This document shows, one piece after another, positions 61,839 to 64,000 of a stretch of 64,000 nucleotides of DNA. The stretch's first letter is position 1; the number at the start of each line of letters is the position of its first letter. This DNA comes from Chrysomallon squamiferum (taxonomy: Eukaryota; Animalia; Mollusca), in NCBI GenBank assembly GCA_012295275.1, contig CM022675.1:2728001-2792000 (forward strand), in the 5' to 3' direction. A program made the translations under genes and the position numbers. The notes beneath the pieces were generated by a model. The model did not search any database and had not been told where the DNA came from. It worked only from the letters and a program-made list of their open reading frames with translations.

Positions 61839-62834
61839 TTAACTCAGTGAATGATGTAGCAGAAGTAATGTGAATTACGAAACTAATTGACTGAGTGAAT
61901 TAACATGTCTCAGTTAATTAACAAACTGAATTAACACACTAATTGTCTGAGTGAATTAGCACACTAATTGTCTGCTTCAATGAATACACTAACTGTCTAA
62001 GTGAAATAATACACTACTTGACTGAGATAATTAACATGTCTCAGTTAATTAATAAACTAAATGTCTGAGTGAATTAGCACACTAATTTCCTGAGTGAATT
62101 AACACACTAATTGACTGAGTGAGTTAACGCACTAACTGAGTTAACGCACTAACTGACTGAGTGAGTTAACGTACTAACTGACTGAGTTAACGCACTAACT
62201 GACTGAGTGAGTTAACGTACTAACTGACTGAGTGAGTTAACGTACTAACTGAGTGAGTTAACGTACTAACTGAGTGAGTTAACGTACTAACTGATTGAGT
62301 GAGTTAACGTACTGACTGAGTGAGTTAACGTACTAACTGACTGAGTGAGTTAACGTACTAACTGACTGAGTGAGTTAACGTACTGAGTTAACGTACTGAG
62401 TGAGTTAACGTACTGAGTTAACGTACTGAGTTAACGTTCTGGGGTCTCGTGTCAGTGAGGCTGCGCAGTTGTACAAGGACGCTCGCTATGGGGAGGGGTC
62501 GGGACCGATCTGGACGGAGGGGCTGAGCTGTGTGGGAAGCGAAAAAGTCATCAACCAGTGTCCTCTTGTTGAGTGGGGGAACGTCAACTGTCACCACAGT
62601 GAAGACGCTGGCATCAAGTGTTCACGTAAGTCGACTTCATCACTTTGTTAGTTCTAATGACGTGCAAGTAATTAGAGGAAATAAAAGCAATATGTTTCAT
62701 AAATAATGTGTATGTGTTTATCTCTCTATCTATCTATCTGTCTATCTATCTATCTATATATTTATTTATCTGTCTTTCTGTATGTCTGTCTCTATCTAAT
62801 TATCTATCTATCTATATATATATATATCTATCTA

Positions 62835-62879
<45 letters not shown>

Positions 62880-63870
62880 ACACACATATGTCTGTCTGTC
62901 TATATATCTATGTCTCTAACTGTCTATCTAATTATCTATCTATCTAATTATCTATCTGTGTATGTAAATATGCATACATATGTCCATTCCGGCATATCGA
63001 CAGACAAGCAATAACACATTTCTACATCAATAATCAATAACTGAAAACAGTATTCCGACATTTCACGTAGTGCCTATAATACTATTCAGTGCATGTAATG
63101 ACTGAAAGCTTCAGTCATTTCATGAAGTAGCTGAAAATCATGTCACTGATTATACATGCAGAAAAGACAAATATTTCCAAATGACAAATAAGTGTAATAG
63201 AGTGATTCAAAGAATATGAAAATTAATTGTTTTTACATAATGATCTACTGTGACAGCACCTGGATCATTTCAGTTGAATTTTTATTATCAACAACTGGGC
63301 TGGCACCGTTTAGCTTTTGCACAGTTAGTTAGTTAGTTAGACCTAACATGATTTTGTGCATCACAGATGGATTCTCCTAACAGTGTGTTGTTACGATACT
63401 ATCTGAATCTGTTAACATGCGAGATCGTTAGTGAACTCTCTGGGAACTTATCGAATATTTCACGAAATTTTCACTCTCAGAATTCCTGTTTTAACACAGC
63501 CTGTGTATGCACTGTTAACATGATCTAAAACAACCACCGCGGGTTGCATTGGGACAACTATGTTTGTACAGCTTGTCCAGTCAGACTTCCACCATGTTTC
63601 TTTTTACCATACGCTGTATCTGGGTTATTAGCGATGTGTAAACTGACGTGCATTCGAATGCTAAATAAATCCACAGTGATGCTGACAGTTGATTAGAACT
63701 ATTTCCTGCAGCGACTAATCAGACGTATGTTAAAAACATTTTTATTCCTAAAATACATTCGTAGATACATGCATTAATACATGTGCATTCATGATACGCA
63801 TTTCATTTTTCAGGCATTACATCAACACTGCCGGAACCTACATCACCTGTTACATCTGGGAAAACTGAAG
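55830..63870 (+). CDS. EGF-EGF-ZP-N/partial ZP-C - SRCR chimeric secreted protein (runs off the window, partial)
   Basis: Join 55830-55905 (signal-like MITFWERSSCLLLTFLCFAVSDYTS, less certain),57294-57407,58857-58994,59123-59304,59503-59639,61107-61234,61602-61758,62456-62625,63814-63870. Exon-for-exon paralogue of the 37-44 kb gene up to LTFQVIA. Then SRCR [26 protein letters not shown]...VVCRHLG...YGEGSGPIWTEGLSCVGSE...CHHSEDAGIKC, then an S/T/P linker. All phases are compatible. Confidence 0.8.
57668..58095 (+). repeat. 36-bp minisatellite
   Basis: Unit aactgtttatag(t/a)gagtattcagttatacatgt, ~12 copies. Confidence 0.92.
58255..58871 (+). repeat. ~72-bp minisatellite duplicating branch point, acceptor and first 15 nt of the EGF2 exon
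   Basis: Unit ...tatttatgtaaatgttatactgacAG|gact(t/a)gtgaacgttg-tcttagtc..., ~8 copies; only the last continues into coding sequence. Confidence 0.93.
60370..61106 (+). repeat. 24-bp two-variant minisatellite containing decoy acceptors
   Basis: agttgacagtaaagtgtatggttg alternates with agttgacagtaaactgtctgtgtttc; the array ends in the real tgtttcAG at 61106. Confidence 0.92.
61880..62440 (+). repeat. 18-26-bp minisatellite containing TACTAAC and GTGAGT
   Basis: Unit gagtgagttaacgtactaactgact in the intron that splits the SRCR domain. Confidence 0.9.
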
Positions 63871-64000
63871 GTAAATTACTTAATATGTTACCTTTCATGC
63901 AATTTTATTTCTGTTAAAAGTAAGTTATTTAAGGTGTAGGGTTTTATACAATTCTACTTGTGTTAAGTGAAAATTACTTAATGTTTTGCGTTTTGTAAAA

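Overview
AT-rich, microsatellite-dense animal DNA, most likely molluscan (inferred from EGF-ZP genes with the 'FDCRR' EGF start, a chitin-binding secreted protein and TTAGGG-type repeats). I reconstructed five spliced genes by hand from GT-AG junctions and codon phase. (1) FYCO1, RUN-coiled coil-FYVE-LIR-GOLD, + strand, 626-14411, 21 coding exons, ~1795 aa. (2) A secreted single-ChtBD2 protein with a Pro/Asn/Arg/Tyr-rich tail, - strand, 25426-19833. (3) An EGF-EGF-ZP-furin-TM protein, + strand, 37046-44826; one ZP-C exon is broken by a local duplication. (4) A B-box-less RING/coiled-coil/NHL-like TRIM, + strand, 50025-52263. (5) A second EGF-EGF-ZP paralogue, + strand, 55830 to beyond 63870, in which an SRCR domain is spliced in at a phase-1 intron inside ZP-C. 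The most notable observations are the EGF-ZP/SRCR chimera, a recurring class of minisatellites seeded at splice junctions (including an array of TACTAAC/GTGAGT motifs), and a near-identical, inverted 192-nt non-coding AG...GT-bounded block between the two divergent matrix genes. I found no prokaryotic systems, CRISPR arrays, tRNA or rRNA. All gene models are manual and unverified by transcript data.
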